A DNA stretch of 63,944 nucleotides, the filler included, from Collodictyon triciliatum (lineage: Eukaryota), in NCBI GenBank assembly GCA_043381765.1. It is 9 parts of 9 records of this genome, joined end to end, with 100 filler letters (N's around TTAATTAATTAA, not from the genome) between each part and the next. Parts side by side here need not be neighbours in the genome. Positions count along the whole stretch, not along the records: positions 1 to 9,025 come from JBHJMP010003194.1; positions 9,126 to 18,152 come from JBHJMP010003195.1; positions 18,253 to 27,274 come from JBHJMP010003196.1; 6 more parts are not named here. One strand, given 5' to 3'. This document shows, in pieces, positions 1 through 21,840 of this stretch. Position 1 is the first letter of the stretch. Each line of letters starts with the position of its first letter. The notes under the pieces were generated by a model that worked only from the letters and a program-made list of their open reading frames with translations, was not told the DNA's origin and ran no database searches. The translations under genes and the position numbers were made by a program.

Positions 1-93
<93 letters not shown>
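1..93. repeat. (AAT)n microsatellite, probably intronic; others at 1788-1931, 2696-2763, 18059-18152 and 42811-42880
   Basis: Direct inspection. Confidence 0.98.
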
Positions 94-94
<1 letters not shown>

Positions 95-132
95 GTAGTG
101 AACAGTATAAACAACCAACAAGTTAAATTGTA

Positions 133-8854
<8,722 letters not shown>

Positions 8855-9025
8855 CTAAACACAACAAATGGGTAACAGTTAAGTTTGAAAAACAGATGCA
8901 ATAAGTCAAGTCTAATTGAGAAACAAGACCAAGAACTAAAAAAAAAAAAAAAAAAAAAAAGTTAAGGAATAAAACCACCTCCAGGTCTTTTTCTTTTTTT
9001 TTATTTTTTTTTTTTTTTTTTCCCA

Positions 9026-9125
9026 NNNNNNNNNNNNNNNNNNNNNNNNNNNNNNNNNNNNNNNNNNNNTTAATTAATTAANNNNNNNNNNNNNNNNNNN
9101 NNNNNNNNNNNNNNNNNNNNNNNNN
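9026..9125. other. Artificial contig-joining spacer (N44-TTAATTAATTAA-N44); also at 18153-18252, 27275-27374, 36396-36495, 45516-45615, 53288-53387, 57861-57960 and 61368-61467
   Basis: Identical 100-nt spacer carrying a six-frame stop linker, present eight times. Confidence 0.98.
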
Positions 9126-9589
9126 TCAAAGAAGCACGCATGATTCAGGAGGCACGAATGGCTGAGAAGGCGCGTATCATAGAAGAAGAACGCATAGCTG
9201 AAGAAGAGCGTATAGCCGAGGAGGAGTGCATGACCGAAGAAGCGCGCGAGGCTGAGGAGGAGCGAACGGCTGAGGAGGAGCGAACGGCTGAGGAGGAGCG
9301 AATGGCTGAAGAAGCGCGCGAGGCTGAGGAGGAGTGTATGGCTGAGGAGGAGGCTCGAGCTGCCCAAGAAGCACGGATAGCTCACAAAGAAAGCATAATC
9401 CTTCAAGAACGTTCGGCTCAAGCAGGCTGTGCAACCCAAGAAGCGAAGCTTGGCGAAAAATTTGAAATTATCAAAGGAGATATGGATGAATCCTTCTTGT
9501 TGTTAAATGAACTACCTGACATTTTCGGCGCCTCTTTGTTACAAGCTGTCACATCACTCGCGACTATTGACAAATATAAGCCTACATAG
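9126..9589 (+). CDS. 3' fragment of an E/A/R-rich repeat (AEEER) coiled-coil protein
   Basis: Frame is open from the contig start to TAG at 9587; tandem AEEER[I/T/M] units; higher GC than flanks. Confidence 0.55.
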
Positions 9590-10809
9590 TCGCGAACATG
9601 GCGTTTTACTCTCTAGCGCGTGTTGCTCCTCCATCATGAATGGCTTTTAACTTTGAATCGAATAAAGGAAAAAAATCAAGAACAGTCCATCTATCTGCCT
9701 GTGTCTTCATATTTTTCTAAGGACGTTAAGTATCACTTCCAGATTCGAATATATACTTTTGTGGAATCTTCAACTATATAATATAGGGTTGAAGATTACC
9801 TCACTCAAAACACAAAAACTCCAAGCACACAATCCGGGTTTTCCACTGTCTTGTCCACAGCTCATTTCTGTCCCAGAGGCGAAGGCGGATTCCTCGGCTT
9901 TGTTTTCTCTCAATAAACTGTTGAAATGAAATAAAAAAAAGTATCACGCCGCTTGAATATTTATTGATGGATACGCCGACAAAATTACAGAACACTGGCC
10001 GTACCTTCTCCATCACAGAGTCCAAATCGACTGTATGTTCTATCAATGTGCCGCAGCAAACATCGTTGTCTGCATCAGTGTTACCTGTCCTAATGTCCTG
10101 TTTCGTTTCATTTTATAATCAGGATGCTTGAAGCGTATTTTACTCTGACAACGCCACAAGAGGTGTTTGAGTAAGCATGTCACAACCCCGCTTAGCTCTT
10201 CACGCAGCGAAGAAACAAAGCAGGCGCTCACCCGGTAAAAAAAAAGTACTAAAAAAGAAAGGGAATACACGAACATCATCCCATCTTTTGTTGGTTATCA
10301 CAAAGAATAATGCATTGGTCGTCTCGTGTGGGTTTTGGAGCTTCGCATCAACCACGAATCTCGCTGACTGGATACCTCCTCGAAAGGTGACTCATCATCC
10401 CACTTGTCTTGTCTTTTCTTTCTTTCTTNNNNNNNNNNNNNNNNNNNNNNNNNNNNNNNNNNNNNNNNNNNNNNNNNNNNNNNNNNNNNNNNNNNNNNNN
10501 NNNNNNNNNNNNNNNNNNNNNNNNNNNNNNNNNNNNNNNNNNNNNNNNNNNNNNNNNNNNNNNNNNNNNNNNNNNNNNNNNNNNNNNNNNNNNNNNNNNN
10601 NNNNNNNNNNNNNNNNNNNNNNNNNNNNNNNNNNNNNNNNNNNNNNNNNNNNNNNNNNNNNNNNNNNNNNNNNNNNNNNNNNNNNNNNNNNNNNNNNNNN
10701 NNNNNNNNNNNNNNNNNNNNNNNNNNNNNNNNNNNNNNNNNNNNNNNNNNNNNNNNNNNNNNNNNNNNNNNNNNNNNNNNNNNNNNNNNNNNNNCACACT
10801 CTCCCCGTC

Positions 10810-12173
10810 ATGCTAAAGTCACGGATCTTCGCAAGTATCACCCTGCTCTGCCTCTGGCTGAGCTCTCTAATGTGGATGTGGCAGCTTCTCGACTCCCAAC
10901 GCCAGCCGTGTGCCGAGAATCTAGTCTCAGCTGGCTGGGCGCGCTTTTCTCGTCCACACGACACAAACCCGACACAACAGCAAGCTTCCGACTATCCTCC
11001 GGCTGGTCTTCAGAACAAGAGGCATGGTCAGGACAGCAAAGAAACAGGACACAAAGAGAGTACAAAGACTGCAGACTCTGAAACGAGCGACAACAAAAGG
11101 CAAGCAAGCCATACTTTGGCTGAGTATCAAGAGGACAAGTATTGGTTTGGTGATGAGCGTGATGCGCTTGTGATAGTCACGGCTGCATCAGAGGATTTTT
11201 TCGACCGACTTGAGAATCTTGTTGGAAGCATTCATTCACACCGGCCACAGACACGGATTCTTGTCTATGACTTGAGCCTTTCCTTTGAGCAGAAAAGAAT
11301 AGTGAGGAAATGGTGTCGTGTGGAGCTGCGTCAGTTGGATTGGGATTCACTGCCGAGTCACTTGAGGATATGGAGCAACTTTGCATGGAAGGTGGAGGTT
11401 ATTCACGATGCATTGATGAGCCACGAGGCAATATTGTAAGCATTCCGCCCATGCAATGAAAGGAAGAAGATGAGAAGAAAGAAAAAAAGAATTATGAATA
11501 AGTATTTGTGGGCTTTATGATGTTAACCTATCAACTGTTTGTTTTGTCTTCAGAATAGAAAATAGAGAAAATCTGCATCTTTAATCATCTTCAAATTAGT
11601 TGCAAGTTCGCATATGATAACGTCATCTCTGGTTATTGTAGATGGCAAGATGCAGGACAGGAGCTCCATTCTGGACTTGCAGAACTTGAGCGTGTGCTCC
11701 GGATGGAAGGATACTTTCTTGTGGTGAATCTTCCATGGCGCAGTTGCCAGATGACCAGCCGCAAAACATACCGGCTTCTCAACATATCAGACTGGGAAAG
11801 AACGCGACAATGCAGCTGGCCTCAATGCGGGGCATCGACCTTGGGCTTTGTTGCACGGCATCCGATTGTCAAGGCGATTGTTGCAAATGCACGGTTCTGT
11901 GCGCACAATGTGGATTGTATCGCTCCTGATGGAACAACATCACGAAACCATCGCTTCGACCAGAGCGTATGGACTGCATTGGCACTGCATCACAGACTGG
12001 ACTTCCACCCGAACCCGGCCTATTGGCTCGATCCGCGCCAGATGCCTGACGGCGATGGGCATGATTCGATCCTCAACAAACTGGGTGTTGCGGGCGAACT
12101 GGCTTTGTTTTCAAGAAAAAGCCTTCGTCAGAAGCCGTTCAAGGATGAGATTCAGCTTTGTCCGGAGGGATGA
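10810..12173 (+). CDS. Type II membrane DUF1647-like putative glycosyltransferase (2 exons: 10810-11435, 11642-12173)
   Basis: N-terminal TM anchor and stem, then VIVTAAS...ILVYDLSL...FAWK...ILWQDAG (joined across a GT-AG intron) and NHRFDQS, matching DUF1647-type motifs. Confidence 0.7.
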
Positions 12174-12641
12174 CAACAATAGTGGATGGCGACAGATATT
12201 TGCATAGAATCGATGCCATTTATTGCATTGGCTTGCGTCGGACATATTTGAGTTCATAAAGAAAATATTCGTTTTTCATGAGTAATATTATGTTTCATTT
12301 TTGTCTTGTGTTTTTTTAAAAATATATATGTGTGTGTATAGCTACTTTCATCATATCTGACAATACACATTTTCAAGCAGTTTGAAGTTGGACGCTCTGG
12401 AAGTAAACCTCTTTTCTTTTTCTTTTTTGGAGATACGACTCACTTGCTTGTGCTGTTGAGCTGCTCTTTGAGACAGCTGGTATACTTTGCTCATTTGAAG
12501 AGTCTCAACCACGCCATATCCTATTACACCATTTCATAGCAAAGAGAGAAAAAGAAAAGAAAGAGGCATGCTATCATTACCACCGAAGCAGAACCCTGAC
12601 AGTATTTTCGATTGTTTATCACTTGTGCATCGGTCTCGCGT

Positions 12642-13179
12642 CTACTTCTTGCGGGCAGAGTTGTTCTGCCGAATCACTGCACGGCTCAGTGCGCGGCGAT
12701 AGAGACGGTAGTTTTTGTCTGTGAGCCCTTCCTGCATGGCCGTGGGCGTGTCCTTTGCCAGCTCCGCAACCCAGGGTGGATATTCGGACCAGTCCTTCAG
12801 CACGGGATCGTCCTTGCCGTCGTTCCAGAAGTTGAGTCCTTCGAGCTGCGTGCCGGTCGGGAAAACAAACCCGTTGTCTTCAGCTGCTTCGCCCGCGGCT
12901 GTTGCGGCCGAGCCGCCTGCGCCTTTGCTGGCTGCTTTCTTCTTTTTGTCGCCGCCTCCTGCGTTGCTGCTTGGGGCTGATCCGGCCGACGTTGCCGCTG
13001 TTTTGCGTTTGGGAGACGCTTTTGTTATTCTTTGTTTTTGCTTCTATTCTTGTTTTTATTTTTGGAGGGATAAGAAAGGGATCGCATGAAGGAAGAGTAT
13101 GAATACCGGCAGGCTTTGCTTTCGGGGCTTCCTTGGCGTAGCGGCCCAGCGAAAGAAGTCGTGTGTTTGCTCTGAACAT
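12642..13179 (-). CDS. MRPL54: Mitochondrial ribosomal protein mL54 (yeast MRPL37 family), 2 exons
   Basis: Arg-rich presequence MFRANTRLLSLGRY; exon 2 (~13019-12642) encodes GTQLEGLNFWNDGKDDPVLKDWSEYPPWVAEL...RAVIRQNNSARKK*, the mL54 signature. Confidence 0.85.
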
Positions 13180-14568
13180 GGCCTCTGAAGCAGGGTGTTT
13201 GGTTGTGTGTTTGTGCATAAAGCCGTGAGAAAACAGGGATAATTAAGAGGAAGAGGAAAAAGGACAAGAGGAGGCAGCTCGGGCGCCGATCAAGCAGCAG
13301 GCTTTCACACTCTGCTGCTGCATATGATTCCACTCGCAGTCACACGCTCCTTTGTCGGGATATCAGCACACGGCCTACTTTGAGCGAGGTTTGTTTCGGG
13401 TGGTTTACTTTGTTCGGATTTATTGATTCAAAGTGTTTGCTTCTGCCCAATCGATGAGGCCACAGAAAATCGCCCAAATGTCGGTGACTCGGTCCACGTA
13501 GCTCAGCGGGTCTCTGGCCAAAGGGCTCTCTGCTTCGTACACCTGGAACTCCCTGTTGTTTTGGATGAGCGAGCTGGCTGCCTTTGTTATCTGTCGTCAA
13601 GATGTTTGGCTGAGTTGGGCTTGATAGCGAAGAAAAAAAAATAATCAAAAGGGTTGGTGGTTTGCGACGTCATGTGAGGGGGAAGGGCTGTATCTTTACT
13701 TGAATTTGGTTTGGCCTTCCAATCCGGTTCAGGAGCCGAACACGGTCAACTGCAACAAGAGGATAAGATGAAATAAAGGGAGAGAAAAAAGGAATGATAT
13801 TGGTGATTTGGTATTTTCTTTTTCTTTTTTTTTTTTTTTGCGTCAAATAGCTTTAATTACTTTCGTGCCCAATCACATCGTAGGTGAATCCTTCCTTGCC
13901 TGCATCATAAAAATAAATACATCGTTTTTTTTTCCATTTTGAATTCCATTAATGTTATAATGTACAGAAAGGTGAAAGCGAACGCTTTTCGAAAAGAATG
14001 ATATTGAATGGAGAAAAATTCAACGTGCTATGCATATTGATATAGACCTATGATTCCCGCGGCAATATCCCCAATCCCGATACAAACATTTATTCCTAGG
14101 TCATGTGGCGCAGACATGGCAAGATTTTTATGCCAGTATAAAATCTGCATTTTTTTTAAAATGCTTTACACCATCTTACCATCCAATTCAAATGATTTGT
14201 TTTCCTGAATTTTCAATTTTATCTAAACACTTTACAAAAGGAATAAACTATGTACCTCGTATGAGAATCGTATCGCTAAAGAGACACATACGCCTTTTGG
14301 GTTTGTAACGTGGTTTTTTGGCTCTTCGCACACAAACTGCATTTTGTTTTATTGAATGTTGTATATGTTGGAATTGAATTCAGTGCAATATTGACTCGCT
14401 TTGCTTAGGGTTACTGTCTTACGATGCAATGCCCTGTGCCTACTCTCTGAAGCTTCACGTCATAATGCACCCCAATATTCTCCATGGCCTCATACAGCTC
14501 TAATATTAATATACTATTATTCACATAATTGATAGTAAAAGAAATTTCGAAAGGGCTTTCAAATCCCG

Positions 14569-17510
14569 CTAGTGAAATAGGAAATTTCCATGTAAACCCA
14601 TACCAGAAACTCTGTGAAAGGACTCGTTCATTCCGTCCCTTTCTCTTTGTCGTTCAAAGTTAATTTGAATAAATACACAGGATTCGATGATATGTTTCAT
14701 GGAAGCATCTTGTGATATCAGGTTATTGTAGAGTTTCTCAGAAAGAACTGCGACCATGTTTTCTCTTGCTGTTTGTATTTGCTTGTCTGAATCCATGATT
14801 TCCTTTGACGCAATGAGGAAAAAGAAAAGAGTTCATCTCATATCTAAAGCCAGCTATGAATATCATATGAGATGAGATTCAAACAAAGGTATTCGAATGA
14901 ATTCAATATACCTTGAGAAAATACCGATGGCTTATGTAGTCTTTGCGGTTGGCACGCTCTCTACCATTTATTGATATTAGTAGAACTACACAAGAAGCAA
15001 AAATTTCAGACAGCCACCCAAAAACGTTGTCGAATACCCTGCCGCGGATGAAATTAATTACTTCAGTAATAGGTTTTTTTTATATTTTGTATTTGTGTAT
15101 GCAAAATCATCGGTTGGATAATGTGACCACTAGAAAGAGTTGTTCTTTTCGCTTTTGTTTTTGTTTTTGTTTTTGTTTTTGTTTTTGTTTTTGTTTTTGT
15201 TTTTGTTTTTGTTTTTGTTTTTGTTTTTGTTTTTGTTCTTGTTTTTGTTTTTGTTTTTGTTCTTGTTTTGTTCTTGTTTTTTGGAAATCAATAACAGCTT
15301 GGTGATGATGGGTTGTGTCATACGTATTTTCGACCCCTTGAAAAATGCGTACATATGTGCTTGCTAAAAAGTAAAATAGCAGCAGCAATTCTGACTGATC
15401 ATGCCTCACAATCCAGCTCGTATAAATCAAAATCAAGCTTATGTCGCCTTCTACGCTAATGTAAGTCTTGAAAGAGACCAACTTGGATTCATGATTATGG
15501 CTGAATATAAAGTACACATAGGACTTTGCTACGACCAAGACAATGCTCATGCATATAGAAAGAAAACTGAGATTTTGCGGCACATGTATCCCTGATTTCC
15601 AAGATGGTATCCGTGAATGTAAAAAGAAAGCCAAACAAGTGAATGAAAGCAAAGGAACTAAAATAAACAATTGCAAAAGAATAAGAATTATGATCTTGTC
15701 ATCGGTGTTCATTCCGGTTTCAAGCAGGATAGAATATTGGATGAGTCCTTGGCAGAGACAAAGAACAATCCCGCATACCAAAACATTACTAATGCGATGA
15801 TAATGTTCATATATTACAAGTGGGAAAAGAATGTATTTCTGTGTTGCATCCATATGATACGAGTGTAGATAAATATATTTTAGTTCAGATAATTTCCAAA
15901 AAAAAAAAGCTTTTTCCGCCTTTAAATATAGATGTGGTACCCAGTTTGCGTGAAGTTTTTGTTTGTGCTGATAAAATTCAGGTACTTGCACTCTTCTTCC
16001 TTATTATCATATTTGTAGACGACAAAAATCTTTGCATATCTAAGTGTGCATTTCTTCATCTCTTCCAGAATGTACTCCGATATACTATTCTCCGCCTTTA
16101 TAAGTAATAAAGTCCAATGATTTAGCGGAATTATGCTACATTCTTCATTCTATAAATATATAGCAACAAACATTTTGAACTTGATTTCTTGGTGATGCTT
16201 CCAGCTCATTCTGCTCACCGACAGAGGCTTTTTGTAGGTCAGGCTGGAACAAACTGCTCATTTCCTGAATGTACCAGTGTTGAAGCGGATATTGTTTTAG
16301 TTTCGAACCAGAAATATTTCGGTAGCGTTTTTTTTAAAAAAAAAAAAGCATTTACTTTCCAAATATAGATTGCGTTTACCCGTGAGATCTCTACATTTGT
16401 TTCATCAAATGAATAATGCCCCCATGGAGAGCTCAAGCACAAAGTGTACGCTTTACTCATTCCTTGCATATGCGTTAAATTTGTCAGTCTTTTTTCTTTT
16501 TCTTTTTTTTCTTTCGCAAAGCACAGATAAAGAGCTAACCTGGGCCACACGCATCGAAGCTTATTCTAGAGCAACGAATGATTCCATAGCTGACTTCATC
16601 GGATGATACCCCAAACCTCACCTAAAATGGAATAAGATATATTGAGGCACCTTCTAATCACAGTAAGTTGGCCAGGAAAGAAACAGCGTTGTTAAGTTCA
16701 TAAAAATGAAGAAAAATCATTAAACACCTGAAAGTTTGGTATCTTTGTTACTTTCTTTGAATTATCTACAACTTCGAGGCAGAAGTTGCGAATCCTTGTG
16801 AAGCTGTCATTGATGTCCCCATTGGAATTGCAAAATATCTTGGCAGTTTAAATTTAGGTATTTGCAATCGGTCTTCAATGTAGTGGATTGAATAAGTATT
16901 TACATCTTTTGTGTTAAGACATGCTTACATAAATGACACTCCCTGTGATATAAGGATGCAAGGCAACGGAGATATAGAAATATGACAATCAGTTTTTAAA
17001 AAACTCTAAAGGACTTTGCTTTATTATATGTAATCTCCTCGACATACCTTCTGTTTTGATACGCTCAATCCTAAATCTAGTTGTTGTTTGCTTATTTACT
17101 AAGATGGAAACATATAATCTTTGTATACATATATGTATATATTCATAACCAATCATAAAGACTTTTTGTGTTTGGATTGGTGCAATACCTTTTTAGAGAA
17201 GCGTCGATTATTCTACATATGCAAAGTTAATTAAAGACAGATAAAAATCAAAGGCCGATATTTTCATGCTTTTAAATCACAAAAAGAGTAGTAAAAATTA
17301 ACAAACAAATGAGACCCATCCCCCAAAAACCGAGAGAAGAAGAGTTCAATCGAATATACCTTAGAAATTCTGATATTCTATCAACGTATCTGCCAACATT
17401 GTCGACGCAATCGCTTAGATTCACTTCAGCACATATTACGATGGACCTTAGTGTCTTAGTTTCAGATATGATACTTAGGTCTTTTTGGGCTTGTACATGG
17501 ATAAAAAACC
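14569..17510 (-). CDS. Putative multi-exon gene(s) of unknown function, including a multi-TM exon (~15295-15990)
   Basis: Several exon-like open frames with GT/AG borders and a hydrophobic 294-aa ORF; no recognisable family; gene structure unresolved. Confidence 0.35.
15153..15280. repeat. (TTTTTG)n microsatellite
   Basis: Direct inspection. Confidence 0.95.
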
Positions 17511-18056
17511 TGTGTTAGTGAATCTATATCAATTTTAAGTTATCTTTCAATATGGCCATTAAATGATCAATTTTTCACCTTGGTATAAAGTGATATAGTA
17601 GTCGGATTGACCTATCCCTTTCCAGATGCATTTTTTCGTGAATACACTTTATTTTCTTCTCTCTGCTGAACATTCTTTATATTATATATAATATGAGCAT
17701 AATTCACCAATTTCTTTCTTCCTCAGTTTAAAAAAAAACCATCAAAAGAAAAAATATGGTTTTAAAAGTGAACAAGTACAAACCCTCTGTCAGTGGAATC
17801 GATGTTCTTTAGATTCATCAGCAGCATTACATTACATAAAATGTAGGGTAAGTTTGCTCTTACAGCTTGAATGGAGTCATATTGGTATACGATGCGCACA
17901 AGATGCAGGAAATTAAAACATAAGGATATGCAGATACTAGGTCGGAGACCACTTCGAGTTATGCCTAGAAATATCTAAAACATCAAAAGAAGTTATTATT
18001 ATCTAGAGTTTAGTCTGCGTGAATTTTATGCTTTACTTGCTTTTTACTTCGATGTA

Positions 18057-18152
<96 letters not shown>

Positions 18153-18252
18153 NNNNNNNNNNNNNNNNNNNNNNNNNNNNNNNNNNNNNNNNNNNNTTAA
18201 TTAATTAANNNNNNNNNNNNNNNNNNNNNNNNNNNNNNNNNNNNNNNNNNNN

Positions 18253-18351
18253 CTTTTTCCTTTTTCCTTTTTCCTTTTTCCTTTTTCCTTTTTCCTTTTT
18301 CCTTTTTCCTTTTTCCTTTTTCCTTTTTCCTTTTTCCTTTTTCCTTTTTCC
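18253..18351. repeat. (TTTTTCC)n repeat at contig start
   Basis: Direct inspection. Confidence 0.95.
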
Positions 18352-18381
18352 CTTTTTTTCTCTTTACATACCCTGCCTATA

Positions 18382-21034
18382 ATGCAGAAATACGAAGGCG
18401 GGGATCCTTTAAAAAAGCCCGACTGTTGGGAAATTCTTCTTCGTCTCGTGATCTTTGCTGGTGTTGTGTTGGTCACAGCTGTCTTCGTAATATCGCGGGA
18501 GGAAAATGACGCGGGCAGCACGGTAGATTCTTCTTTGGATTATATAGTGAGTGATAGAAAAAAACATCTCTTGTTTTGTAGACATGCGTGTGTTGAATGC
18601 CAATGAGTCGTAACCCTGGAAAGATATGGGAAAAGAAGATAGATGATGTGTTTCGGAAGATAACTTTACTTTGTTCAATCACATAGCTTTGAGCGAGCAC
18701 TCTGTCTCTTTATTCATTCTGTATGCTTTTTTTTAATAAAAAAAAGTATTGATTTGTGTATCTTTTACCAGTCACCGGTTTTATTCACTTAAATGTCATA
18801 GAACACTGTGATCATGATTTCCATCGATGGCTTCCGGCATGACTATTTGGACATCCATGCTGCCCCGACACTGCAAACGATAGCAAACAGCGGCACTCGA
18901 GTGATGCGATTGAAGCCCATCTTTGTGTAATCTCTTGAGATGACCCACTCTTCTGATGCGTTGATTCTTGTCCGATTAAAGTCTTTGAGCAACCGCTCCT
19001 CTCGGCTAATTAATCTACAAAAGAAAAAACACAAACATGCCGCAAAACATTCAAATATATCGCCTTGTCATAAGAATAATTATGTTTCCGTATTATCTAC
19101 TTTACTATTAATTTACACTGGTGCGCAAATTCACCAGGTCGAAAACATTCCCCAATCATTACACGCTGGTTACCGGTTTATATGCGGAGTCTCATGGAAT
19201 TGTGTCAAACACGATGTACGACGCAAACTTGGGCTATTTTTCAGTGAGCTTGTTGTTCCCAATTATTACTATTATTATTAAAAAATTTTAAAAAAAGGTA
19301 AAGTGCTGTTCAATCAAAATCAGAAATAATGAGAACCAAATCAGCAACCTTTTAATAATATCTCTAATATTAAAGCTTAAAAAAAATAGGGAAAGAGGGA
19401 GAGACTATTTGCTTAATTTCTTACAATAAAGTTTAATATGGTCTTCAGATACGCGACTCAAACGCCACCCTGAACGGAGCGTGGTGGGAAGCTGCAGAAC
19501 CGATATGGGTCACAGCAGAGAAGAATGGGCTTATTTCAGCATGTTTTTTCTGGCCGGGTTCTGAAACATTGATTCACGGATATCGCCCAACTTATTTTAA
19601 AAAATACAACACTTCTATTCCATACGCTACTCGCATACAACAAATATTGGATTGGATTGACCTCCCTGCACGCAATAGACCAAAGCTAATATTGGCTTAC
19701 TTTGAGAATGTGGACAGGATGGGTCACGGTTTGTTTAGTATCAGCAACATTTAATGATGAAAAAAATTAATAGAATGAATATATAAGAAGAGAGTAAATA
19801 AAAAGGAAGGCAAATGGGAATTCAAGTTCTTTTTTTTTTTTAAGAATGAATGCATTATACAAGAGAATATAATTTCGTGAGAATGTCTGATATCTTCATA
19901 CAACGCTTCTTTCATTTATGCTAGACCATAAACTCTTTTTAGTCTTTGGTCCATTTTCTCTTCAAGTGCAAGAAGCTCTTCTGAATGTTGACAAGGCCAT
20001 GTCTATTGTTCTTTAAAATAAATTGCTATTTTATGTCATTTCAAATTGCTTGTAGCATTTATTGTTTAAAAAAATTATAAATATGTAGACAAATTCTCTT
20101 TACCAAATCTTTTACACATAGAAATCAGCTTGTGGAAGGATTAAAGGAAAGGAAAGTGTATGATAAAGTCAATATGTTAATTCTCGCAGACCATGGAATG
20201 ACAGAAATGTATCCGAAAGATAAAGTGATAGTCCTCAACAATTATATCGATTTGAGAAGAATAAAGGTGACCCATTTTAATTTAGTTCATAGCAGTTTGC
20301 ACGTTTTTTTTGTTTCTGTTTTTCTTTTTTCTTGTTTCACCATTTTTGCGTCTTTTTTTTTTATAGTAAATATCCATTTGCAAAGTTTATAGACGCTTCA
20401 GTAGTGACATCTATATGCCCCATACACCCACACGACACTTTGGAATTCTATCAAGTAGCATTAAAGATAAACCCTTATATATTAATTTCTTTTTCTTTTG
20501 TCCCAATCAAGTTTTCGAAACATCGTATTCGATTCGTATATTAGTAATGAGACTATGTCAATTCTAAAAAAAAAAAACATCCCTTCTCTCCAAAAATGCT
20601 AGAACCTTACCAACTCACATCCAAATCTCACCTGCTGGTTGAAGGAGAATTTGCCTGTGCATTATCACTACCAGAACAATATTCGGATACAGCCTATTTT
20701 GTGTCAGGCCGACCTCGGATACTCAATAATTCGCGGAGACGGGGATACTGCAAAGGAAAGGGGAAGGTTCGACTTTTCTTCGCTCGTAGTAAATAGATAT
20801 TAAACAGTAGCGTGTTGGATAATGATATTTCTTGACAGCCACGGATATGACAACAACCACCCCGATATGCACGGGTCGCTTTTATTACATGGACGTCAAT
20901 TTCTTCGAAGCGGGCGAGTCAACGCAACAATAGACAATGTCCACATATATGCACTTCTTTCGAAGGTTCTGGGTATTACGCCTAACCCAAATAACGGTTC
21001 ACTCAACGCTATCAAAGGCCTGTTGGTTACCTGA
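18382..21034 (+). CDS. Ectonucleotide pyrophosphatase/phosphodiesterase (ENPP family), N-terminal TM anchor, multi-exon
   Basis: [10 protein letters not shown] (~18820), [22 protein letters not shown] with the catalytic Thr (~19140), EPIWVTA...FFWPGSE, DRMGH, LADHGM, HGYDN..PDM. Confidence 0.93.
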
Positions 21035-21840
21035 CGTTGTCCTAAACACTGCTCTCCGCGAAAAGAAATGGACAGGAACAGAGACAAGAGCATATATATG
21101 CATGAATTTTATAAATTGGTCATAGATTATACGTCAAACTGCTGTTTCGATGTATTTGCACTTTCAATGTTTTTGCTATTTTGATTAATTTTTTTTTTTA
21201 AAAAAAAACGTGGAATAGAATGGAATAAACGAACAAATATTGGAAGATGGTGCAACAAAGGATTTCCGCTTGAGCCGCTTATTCTCTGGCTTTTAGACTG
21301 GTCAATAGATGTGGCATCGTAAAAATGGGAGGGCAAAGAGAGATGTAGCAAGAGCCAATTCAAGGTGCTCATTTTGCATGGATTTGTAATTGTCCCGGTT
21401 ATGTGGAAGCACACCACTATTTTATCACATGGAAAAAGACTTTATCCACGCTGGATTTTCGCTGTCGCAAGTGCTAATGCCACAATCACCCGGACATGGG
21501 AAATGACCCGATGCAGTACTCAAAAGGCTTGTTTCCTCGTTTTGTTTATTTTGTTGTTTTTGTTGCCATGCGGTGTGTGGGAAGGAAGGAAGAAGCACGA
21601 GCAGGTTGATTCGGCCGCATCAAAGTTTTGAGTCACGACGAAGTAAAGCATATGGCAATGCACATTTGTCTTTGAATCTCACGGGCTTTGCATCGGAAAA
21701 AGGAATATCAGAGCGAGGCAGACAAATTGGAATCAAAGCAGAAGCAGGTTGATTGAGCGGCAAAACAGTAGGTCATCATTAACGAGGAATAGAAAGAGAA
21801 GGAGGGGAGGGGAGAGCACACAGAGTTCAAACTCACTGGC

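Noticed and set aside
9070-9081. Recurrent TTAATTAATTAA palindrome as a biological motif
   Set aside because: Always centred in 100-nt N runs; it is an artificial six-frame stop linker
9801-10390. Possible minus-strand exons (TGNTDADNDVCCGTLIEH..., GIRLRLWDRNELW...)
   Set aside because: Plausible gene fragment, but no supportable model or family
10429-10794. Long ORFs running through N gaps (also 38662-39134)
   Set aside because: Scaffold gaps translated as X
15107-15367. QK/NK/FL/FC repeat proteins in the ORF track
   Set aside because: Translations of a (TTTTTG)n microsatellite, probably intronic
21240-21640. Coding-like stretch between ENPP and the adhesin
   Set aside because: No coherent frame or recognisable motif
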